Source: a virus (taxonomy: Duplodnaviria; Caudoviricetes). From it: a DNA stretch of 60,968 nt. Location: IMG/VR virus record IMGVR_UViG_3300010296_000008, positions 1-60,968 of that record; one strand, written 5' to 3'. How positions within the stretch are numbered: position 1 is the stretch's first letter; each line of letters begins with the position of its first letter. Shown one piece after another: positions 8,073-18,600 of this stretch. The translations under genes and the position numbers were made by a program. The notes beneath the pieces were generated by a model. That model worked only from the letters and a program-made list of their open reading frames with translations, did no database searches and had not been told where the DNA came from.

Positions 8073-8106
8073 TTGACAATACTGTAGCTACTCGCTACAA
8101 TAAATA
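8073..8106 (+). promoter_or_regulatory. Overlapping sigma70 and late promoters
   Basis: TTGACA-17 nt-TACAAT, overlapped by ATAAATA at 8100-8106. Confidence 0.75.
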
Positions 8107-8131
8107 GTGAGTTAAGTAACCCTATACCGAT

Positions 8132-8350
8132 ATGGACCCATCTTATATGGGATTATGGGTCGTTGTTATTACTATATCCATACTGGTAGCATATGCTGGT
8201 ATGGAAGAAACCCTGAAGCTTTTTGCATACCTTGATCTTCAGTTGCGCTATGCTTGGATCCAGTTTCGTATGAAACTGATGGCGCGTAAATTACGAAAAG
8301 AACTTGGGTTACCACCTCGTGTCAAACCTAAGAATCTTTCCGATGACTGA
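8132..8350 (+). CDS. Hypothetical membrane protein
   Basis: N-terminal TM helix, basic C-terminus. Confidence 0.7.
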   Translation: MDPSYMGLWVVVITISILVAYAGMEETLKLFAYLDLQLRYAWIQFRMKLMARKLRKELGLPPRVKPKNLSDD

Positions 8351-8579
8351 CGATCTCCTAAAATTAAATAGAACAGAGTGTCCCAAGTGTGGTGCCATTT
8401 GGTTGAATGGACAACACTACTGGTCTGGAACTGGTAAACTTGGGAACGAAGATGATCTTGCTGGTCTTGTCTGCAATAACCTTGGGGATGATACTTGTAT
8501 CAATCCCAAACGGGGATCTGAAAAAGGAACCACGTGGGCAAAAAGACTTGAAGAACTGGATCAAGATCATCCAGCTTGA
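8343..8579 (+). CDS. Small Cys-rich hypothetical protein
   Basis: CPKC...W..GQHYW...DLAGLVCN...CINP. Confidence 0.75.
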   Translation: MTDDLLKLNRTECPKCGAIWLNGQHYWSGTGKLGNEDDLAGLVCNNLGDDTCINPKRGSEKGTTWAKRLEELDQDHPA

Positions 8580-8604
8580 CAAACCAACCTGAGTGTGGTA
8601 TAAT
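8576..8604 (+). promoter_or_regulatory. Consensus sigma70 promoter for the tRNA cluster
   Basis: TTGACA-17 nt-TATAAT with extended TG. Confidence 0.9.
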
Positions 8605-8620
8605 ACTCAGGTATTCGGAA

Positions 8621-8702
8621 GGGTAGGTGTCCGAGTGGTTAATGGAGGTGGACTGTAAATCCACTGGCTCTGCCTACGGGGGTTCAAATCCCTCCCTGCC
8701 CA
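8621..8702 (+). tRNA. tRNA-Tyr(GTA)
   Basis: Acceptor GGGTAGG/CCTGCCC, anticodon arm GTGGA-CTGTAAA-TCCAC, long variable arm, TTCAAAT T-loop. Confidence 0.95.
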
Positions 8703-8705
8703 CCT

Positions 8706-8792
8706 GGAGAGTTGTCCGAGTGGTTTAAGGAGCAGCACTGGAAATGCTGTATGGGGGTAACCTCATCTAGGGTTCAAATCCCTAACTCTCCG
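8706..8792 (+). tRNA. tRNA-Ser(GGA)
   Basis: Acceptor GGAGAGT/ACTCTCC, anticodon arm CAGCA-CTGGAAA-TGCTG, long variable arm. Confidence 0.95.
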
Positions 8793-8796
8793 CTCT

Positions 8797-8870
8797 GGGA
8801 CTGTAGTTCAACAGGTTAGAGCACCGCCCTGTCACGGCGGAAGTTGCGGGTTCGAATCCCGTCAGTCCCG
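8797..8870 (+). tRNA. tRNA-Asp(GTC)
   Basis: Acceptor GGGACTG/CAGTCCC, anticodon arm CCGCC-CTGTCAC-GGCGG, TTCGAAT T-loop. Confidence 0.96.
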
Positions 8871-8873
8871 CTT

Positions 8874-8947
8874 GCCACTCTAGCTCAGCTGGATAGAGCA
8901 ACGGTTTTGTAAACCGTAGGTCGTCGGTTCAAGTCCGACGAGTGGCT
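8874..8947 (+). tRNA. tRNA-Thr(TGT)
   Basis: Acceptor GCCACTC/GAGTGGC, anticodon arm ACGGT-TTTGTAA-ACCGT. Confidence 0.95.
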
Positions 8948-8957
8948 TCAGGATCTG

Positions 8958-8966
8958 TGCTATACT
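8958..8966 (+). promoter_or_regulatory. Extended -10 promoter for gp32
   Basis: TGCTATACT about 40 nt upstream of the ATG. Confidence 0.6.
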
Positions 8967-9006
8967 GGTCCTGCAAACCAAATCCAATTCAATCCGAGGA
9001 AATCCA

Positions 9007-9927
9007 ATGTCTTTTAGCGATCTTAAGCGCCGCTCTACTTCTCAACTTCAGGCACTCGTGCAGGAAGCAGAGAAGATCAGCAAAGGTGGTAGTAAAGGTG
9101 GTGCTGATGAGCGTTTCTGGAAACCAGAACTAGATAAGTCTGGCAACGGTTACGCTGTCATCCGCTTCCTGCCTGCACCCGATGGCGAAGATCTCCCGTG
9201 GGCAAAAGTCTATTCCCACGCCTTCCAAGGTAACGGTGGTTGGTACATCGAGAACTCCCTGACCACTATCGGTGGTAAGGATCCTGTCGGTGAAGTCAAC
9301 CGCAAACTGTGGAACTCTGGTATCGACGCTGACAAGGAAGTTGCTCGTAAGCAAAAGCGTAAGCTGACTTACTACAGCAACATCTATGTTGTGCGTGATC
9401 CCGCCCATCCTGAGAACGAGGGTAAGGTGTTCCTCTACAAGTTCGGTAAGAAGATCTATGACAAGATCACTGCAGCAATGCAACCCGAGTTTGAAGACGA
9501 GACTCCTGTGAATCCTTTCGATCTGTGGGAAGGTGCTAACTTCAAACTTAAGATCTGTAAAGTCGCTGGTTACTGGAACTACGACAAGTCTGAGTTTGAT
9601 CGTCAGTCTGCTCTCAGTCAAGATGATGATGAACTGGAGCGCATCTGGAAGCAGCAGTATTCACTCTCTGCCTTCACTGCTCCCGATCAGTTCAAGACCT
9701 ATGAAGAATTGCAAGCACGCTTGAATGAGGTGCTTGGCATCAACAAGCAACCTGCTCGTCCCTCTGTCGATGATGAAGAGTTTGAGCCTGTTGTTTATGA
9801 CGAACCTGCTCGTCCTGTTCCTGCAGAAATGAAGGAAGAGTTGAATGCCCTCAGTGGTTTTTCTGATACAGGTTCTGATGATGACGATCAGCTGTCTTAC
9901 TTTGCCCGACTGGCAGAAGAAGACTGA
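9007..9927 (+). CDS. gp32: Single-stranded DNA-binding protein gp32
   Basis: DERFWK, GNGYAVIRFLPA, WYIENS, GKVFLYKFGKKI, GANFKLK, NYDKSEF, acidic tail. Confidence 0.97.
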   Translation: MSFSDLKRRSTSQLQALVQEAEKISKGGSKGGADERFWKPELDKSGNGYAVIRFLPAPDGEDLPWAKVYSHAFQGNGGWYIENSLTTIGGKDPVGEVNRKLWNSGIDADKEVARKQKRKLTYYSNIYVVRDPAHPENEGKVFLYKFGKKIYDKITAAMQPEFEDETPVNPFDLWEGANFKLKICKVAGYWNYDKSEFDRQSALSQDDDELERIWKQQYSLSAFTAPDQFKTYEELQARLNEVLGINKQPARPSVDDEEFEPVVYDEPARPVPAEMKEELNALSGFSDTGSDDDDQLSYFARLAEED

Positions 9928-11967
9928 TCAGATAGAAGACCTCTTTAAGGTCTTACTAACATAATCGGAGGACTTCTTATACGGAAGTTGCTCTTTCATT
10001 TCCTGAATAAAGCGTGAGAGATACCTCTGTTTCAAGACGTAGATCTCACGCTTTTTATCATTCTTTTCTGTTTCATAATCAAAATGAGTTAGAGGTCTAG
10101 CAATAGACTGACCCTGTAGGGTGACAATAGCACCAGAAGGATCTCTGTAACGGAAGCTATCGCGGATTAACTTCTCCCAACCACTTGTACCAGAAGGACG
10201 CTGAAGTTTGTATCTAAAATAGTTTCCGAGATCGTCAACGAAAGTAGGTTCGGATAACGTTGTCGAGACGATGTTCTTCACAACACCAGTAGGATTTGTG
10301 GTGAATGACACACCTTCAGTGATGGGATTGTTAATGTCAATCTCATCGAACTTAATTGCCATTGTATCACCAGTATATGATGTCACTGATGCCGTTGAAC
10401 CATTGCTAAACGTAATGTTATCATCAACGTTAAACGTATCTGACTGCTGAACAACGGTTGCGGAGAACACAGCAGGAGGATCGAATGTACCAGACTCCAC
10501 GTGACCACCACCAACAGTGATGTACAGCTCTTCTCCTTCCTCGTTATACGAACCTGGGTTTGTGATAGTCACACTAGCAACTGACTTATTCAGCAGAACT
10601 TCTGCAGATGCACCACCACCAGTTGTATCCAATGGGTTGTTTGCTAGGTACACATTTGCATCTGTGTAGATCTTATCGACGTTGATAAAGTTAACTGTGG
10701 TGATACCATAGTGATCGTACTGAGGACCACTCACGCCAGGTTGATACAACTGGAAGTACACGTTCTCAGTTCTTACATTCTCTGGAACTGTGAAGTCATA
10801 GTTGGTAAGAACACCACTGCCAGTACCATTGGGAACAGCTTCGATCACGATACCTAGGTTGACCCAACTATTAGCATCTGGTGCACCATCAGTAATCTGA
10901 TATCTCAGATAGAGATCTTCCACGCCATTGATATCAGGTGTTTCGCCACCGTTACTTCCGTTACCACGCACAGCATAGACACGTACTGTATCGTACTCTG
11001 TCATATCTACTGGGTTAAGGATTGCGTAACGTGTTCCGTATGAATCTCCGAATCTAAGGTGCGTACCACCAACGTCAAATCCTCCTGTGCTTCCTGTTCC
11101 AGAACCGTTCGGGGCAATGGTTGTACCAGCTCCAAATTCATAGATGTTATCTGCAACAGTAGTATCGAAAGCGGTACCATCTAATCTAATCTCGGTTACA
11201 CGTCCTTCGTCATCGATGACAGCTGTAGCAGACTCTCCTGCTAATCCACCATCGAATGTAACGATTGGAGGATATTGATAATCTTCTCCTGGACTGGTTA
11301 CTCTGATCTTTCTCAGTGTACCAGTGGTTGACAGTGTTGTAGTTGCAGTTGCTCTTACAGCAGGCAATTCTCCATTGCTACCATCTGGAGCACTGATAGT
11401 AATCGTAGGAGGTACTTGATAATCTGTACCAGCAAAGTTAATATTGATAGTTTCGACTACCAGTTTTCTTGTGATCTCTAAGATAGTCTCGTTCTCTGGT
11501 TCGGGGAAATCAACATCAGTTTTATCATACTCCAACCAGAAAGGTGCTTTGTAGAATCCTTCATCAACGATCTGATCTGCAGGCAACACAACGTTACCTT
11601 CGCTATCAGTAATTTCATTGGTGAGATAGTGCTTGATCTCATAAGGGTTGTCGTACTTGGTGTTGATATAATCCATCAACACAGACGATGACATTGGCCA
11701 ATCGAAGTACGGATTCATAATGTTATTGCACATCATAATCACCCAGTCGTAATCACTACGACCATAGACTTTCTGGGATACGATGTCTGGACGCTCGGAA
11801 TCATCAATCACATACTTCTTGAAATATGTGGCGGTGTCTAGTACACTATCAGAAAGTTTGAATCTTCTGAAGATATTTTTTGCGACCTTGTATTGCTGCT
11901 CTGACCACGGGAATCTGATGGGTCGGATAGCAAGATCAATGTTTGGTAGGTATTGAAAGTATGCCAT
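9928..11967 (-). CDS. gp53: Baseplate wedge gp53 with a large internal insertion
   Basis: YF..LPN, ERPD....VYG...YDWV...NNI.NP..DWP at the N-terminus and YE...N.KKREI at the C-terminus, separated by about 450 aa of extra beta-rich sequence. Confidence 0.85.
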   Translation of the reverse strand: MAYFQYLPNIDLAIRPIRFPWSEQQYKVAKNIFRRFKLSDSVLDTATYFKKYVIDDSERPDIVSQKVYGRSDYDWVIMMCNNIMNPYFDWPMSSSVLMDYINTKYDNPYEIKHYLTNEITDSEGNVVLPADQIVDEGFYKAPFWLEYDKTDVDFPEPENETILEITRKLVVETININFAGTDYQVPPTITISAPDGSNGELPAVRATATTTLSTTGTLRKIRVTSPGEDYQYPPIVTFDGGLAGESATAVIDDEGRVTEIRLDGTAFDTTVADNIYEFGAGTTIAPNGSGTGSTGGFDVGGTHLRFGDSYGTRYAILNPVDMTEYDTVRVYAVRGNGSNGGETPDINGVEDLYLRYQITDGAPDANSWVNLGIVIEAVPNGTGSGVLTNYDFTVPENVRTENVYFQLYQPGVSGPQYDHYGITTVNFINVDKIYTDANVYLANNPLDTTGGGASAEVLLNKSVASVTITNPGSYNEEGEELYITVGGGHVESGTFDPPAVFSATVVQQSDTFNVDDNITFSNGSTASVTSYTGDTMAIKFDEIDINNPITEGVSFTTNPTGVVKNIVSTTLSEPTFVDDLGNYFRYKLQRPSGTSGWEKLIRDSFRYRDPSGAIVTLQGQSIARPLTHFDYETEKNDKKREIYVLKQRYLSRFIQEMKEQLPYKKSSDYVSKTLKRSSI

Positions 11968-12902
11968 CAGTAGTATTGTTTAGTGTAGTCAAAGCTATCT
12001 CCGAAATCTTCGGAGATGACTTGCTTGAGTTCTTTGAATGATAAAGAGAGATTGACTGCAGTTGGGGAACCGTCTTCCATTGTGGAATAAGAACCAGCAG
12101 CAGTGTAACTGACACCGATTGACTGCAATGCACACGCTTTAATCTTATTTAACCAATGATTGTCTTTGGATCCTTGCTTGTACTGAATCTTAAAGACATA
12201 GGGTACCTTCATAAACCAACCATCAGCTTCCATAGAAGGTGCTGACGCTTTCTTGAATTGCCAAATTATTTCTTTGATGACCTTAGACTCCCTACTATTT
12301 CTAGGAACAAGAGTCCAGTTAAAATCAAATGATCTGAGACCGATGCCATCAAATAGAACTTCTAGGTTCGGGTTGATGACCTGACCTAAGAGACCACCTG
12401 TTATAATGTTTGCATCGACACCTGTAGCACCAGCAGCAGCACGAATACCCAATGCTTTTGCTAATGCTTTTCCTTGCTGTGCTGCATCTCTAGGTGCCAT
12501 TCCTTGAATTGCTGCTTTTGCATTGGCAGAATCTAGGTTGCTCAAGAGGTTGGGCATAGTATCGATTGCTTGCCCTGCAGCTCTGAGACCAGCACGTTCT
12601 ATGTTTCCGACACCTTTCTCACCCCAACCTCTAGTGTGAGCATCTCTAATATCCTCAGGCATATAGAGGATAACTTTTTTAAATTCGGATTGTTCTAGCT
12701 CACCACCACCAAATCCTGTGGTGTCATAGTCTGCGTATCTGCTACCATAAATTGATCCACCAGACTCCCCGATACACTTCGCTTTTCTAAAGGGAGGTTG
12801 ATACTTATACACAGTGAACTGCATATAGTCATCGTAATCCTCCACCTTATCGACGGGGAATCTAAGTGATGATTTGCTTGTTAAAAAATCGAATCCTGCC
12901 AT
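11967..12902 (-). CDS. gp48: Baseplate tail-tube cap gp48
   Basis: LYMP, NPNLEVLF.G..LRSF.F, L.LSFKE motifs; synteny. Confidence 0.85.
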   Translation of the reverse strand: MAGFDFLTSKSSLRFPVDKVEDYDDYMQFTVYKYQPPFRKAKCIGESGGSIYGSRYADYDTTGFGGGELEQSEFKKVILYMPEDIRDAHTRGWGEKGVGNIERAGLRAAGQAIDTMPNLLSNLDSANAKAAIQGMAPRDAAQQGKALAKALGIRAAAGATGVDANIITGGLLGQVINPNLEVLFDGIGLRSFDFNWTLVPRNSRESKVIKEIIWQFKKASAPSMEADGWFMKVPYVFKIQYKQGSKDNHWLNKIKACALQSIGVSYTAAGSYSTMEDGSPTAVNLSLSFKELKQVISEDFGDSFDYTKQYY

Positions 12903-13498
12903 TATTGGATTTTGCGTTTCGCTTTAAATCTATATTTTGCCAAAGGGTCATACTTAAACCAAACTTTTTTGGAGGCGACAGGTATCTCAATCTTACCGAC
13001 AGCAGAAACAAATTGCTCTAGGGGTAGATAGATTGCTGAGTCCCAATCATTTTCATCAATCTCAATGAAGAGACTGCCATTCTTTACATCACTTTTCTTA
13101 TATTTATGGATGATCTGTCGAGGCACGTCTATTTTATTTTTGAGAAGCGCTTCGATAGTCTTTAATCTTTTCTTTGGACTTATGTAATGTAGGTTTGCAC
13201 CGAAGAAATGATCCTGGTTTACCCTAAGCACCAGCACCATAGGTAACTGATCGTAGTAAGGTACTTTTTGTTTGGTAGTTGCAGCATCATACTCAAACAA
13301 GACTAAGGTTCCTGTACGTGGAGTGAATAGAACTTTATTCTTGTCGTCAAGATTTCTTCTCTCGTTAGTGATGACAGATTCCTTTGTGCCATCTGCTAAT
13401 GCAGAACGCATAGCAACCTTGGATGCCTGCCGCCACCAGGAGTCGGATCTATCTTTTCCGTCTTGTGCTTTTTCTAGTTTTTCAAAGACCGATTCCAA
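12902..13498 (-). CDS. gp2: DNA end-protector gp2-like protein
   Basis: F.YDA....PYYD..P, F.G.NLHY, W..A..LP.EQF; TTG start. Confidence 0.8.
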   Translation of the reverse strand: MESVFEKLEKAQDGKDRSDSWWRQASKVAMRSALADGTKESVITNERRNLDDKNKVLFTPRTGTLVLFEYDAATTKQKVPYYDQLPMVLVLRVNQDHFFGANLHYISPKKRLKTIEALLKNKIDVPRQIIHKYKKSDVKNGSLFIEIDENDWDSAIYLPLEQFVSAVGKIEIPVASKKVWFKYDPLAKYRFKAKRKIQ

Positions 13499-13922
13499 GG
13501 TGATCCTCCGTGAGAATTAGAAAGTCCATTCTTCTATCATCACAGTAATTTTTTGCTGCCTTCCACTTAGCAGCGTTCTTCATAAAAGTATTTACTTCTT
13601 GTAAGTACTTTTTTGTTTTACGTTGTGGTTGTTTGGGAGGTTGTGTTTGTTTCTTGGGCTTGATCTCTACAATATATTTCTTGAGAGATCCATCTTTATC
13701 TCGGACTTTAACGTAGAAGTCTGGATAGTATCTGTGCACCCTACCATCAGTGGGACAACGGTATGGTATAATCAGTTCTTCGCTCCCCCACTCTATTACA
13801 TTCTCTTCTCTATCACAGTACTTCATAAACATAAGCTCCCAGGATGATCTGTAGAATACTCTACGTGGATCTCCCTTGTACTTATGATAATTCACTGGTT
13901 TGTACTGTCCTGAGTACGCCAT
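13482..13922 (-). CDS. gp4: Head-completion nuclease gp4
   Basis: KYKGDP...YRSSWE, WGSEE..IPY, HRYYPDF, EIKP, KW.AA, ILTE. Confidence 0.95.
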   Translation of the reverse strand: MAYSGQYKPVNYHKYKGDPRRVFYRSSWELMFMKYCDREENVIEWGSEELIIPYRCPTDGRVHRYYPDFYVKVRDKDGSLKKYIVEIKPKKQTQPPKQPQRKTKKYLQEVNTFMKNAAKWKAAKNYCDDRRMDFLILTEDHLGIGL

Positions 13923-13952
13923 AAATAAAGTGTATCCTTCCAGCCTATTTAG
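13921..13952. promoter_or_regulatory. Divergent pair of late promoters
   Basis: ATAAATA (+, 13921-13927) and CTAAATA (-, 13946-13952) in the short gap between divergent operons. Confidence 0.7.
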
Positions 13953-14726
13953 ATGGCAAATCTATACCAAAAAGTACAGGAACAGATAGCACGTGGTGGG
14001 GGTATCGCTAAGTCGAACTCTTTCCGTGTTGTTCTGCCTGGAATTGAAAGGTTGAACCTTCGTGGTATAGATACCGACTCAAAAGAACTGTCAAAAACGC
14101 TGGAGATATTCTGCAACAACGTATCACTTCCCAGTGTTCAAGCTGCAACTAGTCAAGTTAATGGTTACTATACAGGGTCATCGTATAAGTTTCCTACAAT
14201 GAAAATGTATAATGATTTGTCTTTGCAGTTTATTTGTGATGCAAATATGACTGCTCTGAAAGTATTTAACTCCTGGTTTGATAAGATTTTTCAGGAGAAA
14301 GATATGTTTGGTCAGACAAATATTATTCCTGATGAGATGTCTTCGTATCCTCAGAGGCAACGTAATAGACACATCAGATTGTCTTACCCAGATTCATATC
14401 AAAGCACAGTAGTTGTTGACAAGTTTGAACCTGGGAAAAGATACAGTGAGCAGGGTAGAAGTATGAGATACTTCTTCACGAATGCATATCCTTATTCTAT
14501 TGATGCTGTGCCTCTGGATGCTGGCACTGCCACTTTAATGACGTGTTCTGTTAATCTTTTCTACGAAAGATTTGAGATTCAGTATGAGGATGCTAGAAAG
14601 AATTTGAAGAGTAGTAGTAATAATATTAAGTCGGGTGGTCCCCCAACTAGTTTGTCTGGAGCGATTGCGAACGTTGGCGATGCCTTCTCTGGATTCGTTA
14701 ACGATATGGGAAATCTCTTTAGTTAA
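13953..14726 (+). CDS. Baseplate-tail tube junction / tube-like protein (gp54-like)
   Basis: GG.AKSN.F.V, C..VSLP, NAYP.SI motifs; synteny before gp26. Confidence 0.7.
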   Translation: MANLYQKVQEQIARGGGIAKSNSFRVVLPGIERLNLRGIDTDSKELSKTLEIFCNNVSLPSVQAATSQVNGYYTGSSYKFPTMKMYNDLSLQFICDANMTALKVFNSWFDKIFQEKDMFGQTNIIPDEMSSYPQRQRNRHIRLSYPDSYQSTVVVDKFEPGKRYSEQGRSMRYFFTNAYPYSIDAVPLDAGTATLMTCSVNLFYERFEIQYEDARKNLKSSSNNIKSGGPPTSLSGAIANVGDAFSGFVNDMGNLFS

Positions 14727-14760
14727 CCCCTCTAAATAATAGTATTGAACTAATAACACG

Positions 14761-15474
14761 ATGCCTTTACCAAAACTTGATGTGCCCACATATTCTTGTG
14801 AGCTCCCCTCTACTGGTCAGACAATTAAGTATCGTCCCTTCCTGGTAAAGGAAGAGAAGGTTCTTCTTTTAGCATTGGAATCCGAAGACAACAAACAGAT
14901 TCAAGATGCTGTTGTCAGCTTGCTTACCAATTGTATTCAAAGCAGACTGAGTGTCAAGAAACTGGCGATGTTCGATCTCGAATATCTGTTTCTTAAGATT
15001 CGTGCAAAGTCTGTCGGTGAAGAGCTTGAACTGAAAGTAACTTGCACTGACGACAACGAAACTAAAGTCGATGTTACTATTGACCTGGAAGATGTTAGTG
15101 TAGTTAAACCAGATAATCATTCTGATACTGTGTATCTGAGTGATAACATCTGTGTGAAGATGAAGTATCCTTCTCTTGATCAGTTCATTAAAAATAACTT
15201 CGGTGAATCTGAAACTTCTTCTGAAGAAGTCTTCGAACTTATTGCCGAATGTATTGATCAGATTATTGATGGTGATGAAGTTTATGAGTCTGCAAACTGC
15301 AGCAAGAAAGAATTGGTTGAGTTCTTGGATAGTCTGACTTCAAAACAATTTGAGGCGATGCAAGAGTTCTTTGTTAATATGCCCAAACTTTCTCATAGTT
15401 TTAGTGTGGTTAACCCTAACACTAAAGAAAGATGTGATTATACTCTGGAGGGTCTTGCTTCTTTTTTCGGGTAG
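14761..15474 (+). CDS. gp26: Baseplate hub protein gp26
   Basis: MPLPK...P.Y...LPSTG..IKYRPFLVKEEK, FDLEY.FL.IRAKSVGE, LEGL.SFF; CTAAATA upstream. Confidence 0.93.
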   Translation: MPLPKLDVPTYSCELPSTGQTIKYRPFLVKEEKVLLLALESEDNKQIQDAVVSLLTNCIQSRLSVKKLAMFDLEYLFLKIRAKSVGEELELKVTCTDDNETKVDVTIDLEDVSVVKPDNHSDTVYLSDNICVKMKYPSLDQFIKNNFGESETSSEEVFELIAECIDQIIDGDEVYESANCSKKELVEFLDSLTSKQFEAMQEFFVNMPKLSHSFSVVNPNTKERCDYTLEGLASFFG

Positions 15475-15476
15475 TA

Positions 15477-15659
15477 ATGTCTTACAATAGTTTAGAAAAC
15501 TATTTTAGGACTAATTTCTCTCTGATTCAACATCACAAATATAACCTTAGTGATATTGAATCTTGGATGCCGTGGGAAAGAGAAGTCTACGTTGCCCTGC
15601 TATTACAGCATCTTGAAGAAGAGAAATTAAAACAACAGACAGCTAACGCTAACAGGTAA
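15477..15659 (+). CDS. gp51: Baseplate hub assembly chaperone gp51
   Basis: NYFRTNFSL.QHHKY.LSDIE..MPWERE.Y. Confidence 0.9.
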   Translation: MSYNSLENYFRTNFSLIQHHKYNLSDIESWMPWEREVYVALLLQHLEEEKLKQQTANANR

Positions 15660-18600
15660 TGGCACTAGACACTAACAGATACAAAAACAATCCTTTGGTT
15701 GGCGTAAAAGGCGCTGACTTTGTTAAGCTGTCTAGTGCATCTGTTAAGCAACAGATGGTTACTAATGCTCTGCTGTCAGATCTAGTAAATATTCAAACAA
15801 AGTCTCTCCAGTTACAGAAAGCGAGACTTGACTTTGATAAGAAAGCACTTGCTAGACAGAAATATTTTTCCCAAGAATCTGCTATTGAAAAGCAGTGGAA
15901 ACCTACTCGCCCTCCTAGTGGTGGACCTGGCGGCGGAGGATCTAAAAAGAAAGGTGGGTTAGATCTTGCAAGTGTTTTAAAAAATCTTAAGTTAAATCCG
16001 AAGACTATACTCCTAGGCGGAGCAGCTGTAGGTGGTGGTCTAGCTCTTGCATCACTACTTGCTAATGGTTTTGAAGGTGCTGCGGAGAAGTTAGAACAAT
16101 TTGCTGATCAGGTAGAGAACGTTGAGAAGAGAGTAAGAGCAACTCTACCTAAGATTAAAGAATTCTTCACCCCCATTAAAGGATTCTCTACATTTGATTT
16201 CGGCAACGCCGCAATGGGGTATACCTATGCCAAGAGATTTGGTACAGGTCCCAACGCAACTGGTGGTGCTGTTCGTGGTGCCATTGCACGTGGTGCAAAG
16301 GGTGCAGTAAAAGCAACTGGGAGGGGTGCATACGCTGTAGCAGATACTACTGGCGATCTTATGCGCCGTGGTGGTAGAAATATGGTGCAAATTTCTGGGC
16401 AGCGCTTCCGAGGTGCTGCTCAGGGTATGGAAGATCTTGCTACCAGGATGGGTCCTCGTGCTGGATCTAGCACACTTCCTACTAACCTCAACCTAGGTAA
16501 TATCGGTAGGGGTTTAAAGAATAGATTTGATCTTGCGATGTTTGATGCTCGCTTGTTAGCGAGAGGTGGTGACCCTGCGAAAAGTATTGCTGGCAGAATT
16601 GGAAGTCTGCGACAGGGAACGGCAAACATTGCGCAGAGTATCTCTGGTGGATTTAATAATAGAATTCTCAATCCTGCAAAGTTATTTAAAGAAGGTCTTA
16701 TCGGTGGCGGTGGTTCTAATGCTAGAGCACTGAGATTATCTGGCGCACCATTCCCCAACGTTGCTGTTGGTGGTCAGATGGATGACCTCGGTGGTGCTTT
16801 TAGACTTGGTAGAAACATAAAAGATACTGCTGCAAATATTAAATCTGGTCAAGCACTCCGAGATCTCGCATTTAATATTCGTAAAATGAATGTTAAGACC
16901 GTTACTGGTCTTAACAACACATTTAAATCTCTTCCTAATCAGCTAACAAATCTAGCCAAGTCTACAAAAAATTTATCTAATTCTACTAAGGCGTTTGCTG
17001 GTAGTGCAAAGACTGCCATTGCTAATTTTGATCTTGGCAAAGCAGCAATTCAGACTACCAAGGTAGCACAACGTGGTGCTCAGGGTACTCTCCGTGCTGG
17101 TGGAGCTCTTGTTCGCGCTACCCCTACGGTTATCAGAGGTACAGGACAAGTTGTTAGAGCTGGTGGTGGACTGATTCAGGGTGGCGCTAATTTAGCAAAG
17201 GGTACAGTCAATGCCATAAAAGGAAGTGGTGGATTACTTAAAGGTGCTGGTGCATTTGCTAAGCGTATTCCCGTTCTTGGTTCTCTGATGTCTGCTGGTT
17301 TCGGTGCCTTCGAGGCAGATCAGGAGCAGATCAAGGAGATTATGGCACGTAATCCTGGTATGACTGCTGCCGAAGCAAGACAATCACCTGAGTACGATAA
17401 ATCGAAGACGGTTGGTAGATCTGCTGGTTCTGGTCTGGGTGCTGGTGCTGGTACTGTTATTGGTGGTATTTTAGGTAGTGCTCTTGGTCCTATTGGTACT
17501 GCTCTAGGTGCTGCAGCTGGTGCTTGGTTAGGTGAGAACGTTGGTAAGTTCTTGGGTGAAGGATTTGCTAATACTTTCAAGTCTTTTAATTTTGGTGAGA
17601 CATTTGCTCCAGTGATGACCACATTCCAAAGGTTAGGATCCTCTATTACTAGTGCACTCGATACACTTGCTGGTGTGTTTGGTGTTGGTGGAGAGACAGC
17701 AGATGGTGAAGGATTTATTACAGTCCTCAAAAATGTTGGTAGAATTCTTGGCGTCATCACTAAGTTGATGATGAAAGCATTGGTTCCTATCTTCCAAATT
17801 GTTGGAGAAGGATTCAAGCTTGCCATTGATGGTCTTGCTGGTACGGTAAAAGTTTTTACTAATGTTATCAGTGGTGCCGTTGGATTTATGAACAAGCTTA
17901 TTGATGGTGTTCCTGGATGGTTAGGCGGCGATAGTCTTAGAAACTGGAGAGATAGTGCTGGGGGTATTTTTAGCGGTGATGTGATTGGCAATCTCAGCAA
18001 TATGGTTGATGGTCTTGACCTGTCTATCCCTGTTGAACCACCCAAGGGTGAAGGTGGTGGTGGAGTTAGATCTTTTGTTAGACCTTCTCAAGGCGCTGCT
18101 ACAGGCGTTGGCGGTGGTGGTACTCGTGGTCCACAACCAGTAGTTACTTCTCAACGTGGATGGCGTTGGGGTAAGATGCACCAAGGTGTCGATATTGCAT
18201 TTGCTGGTGATAAAGGTGGGCAGAGAATGTATCTGCCGATGGGTGCAAAGATTACTGATAAGAGACGTGCGGGATATGGCGATGCTGGGTATGGCAATTC
18301 GATTTATTTTACAACAGACGATGGATACACACATCTTTATGCTCATATGCGTGGTAACAGTCCACTGAAAGTTGGACAGAAATATCCAAAGGGAACTTTC
18401 GTTGGATTGCTTGGTAACACTGGTAGATCTACTGCACCTCACCTTCACTGGGAAGTTGGAAAGAATGAACAAGATGTTGGTAGAGGTGGACCATCTCTTA
18501 TTGATCCTCTTTCTAAGTATAGTAAGTATGCTCCTTTCTCTGGATCTGGATCTAGTATTCCTGCATCTGGAACAAGCACAGAACCAATGCATAATGATTC

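Noticed and set aside
8084-8098. Second NtcA box
   Set aside because: Spacing is GTA-N9-TAC, not N8
10100-11520. Intein in gp53
   Set aside because: No intein splice-junction (C/S...HN) or LAGLIDADG motifs seen; the insert looks structural
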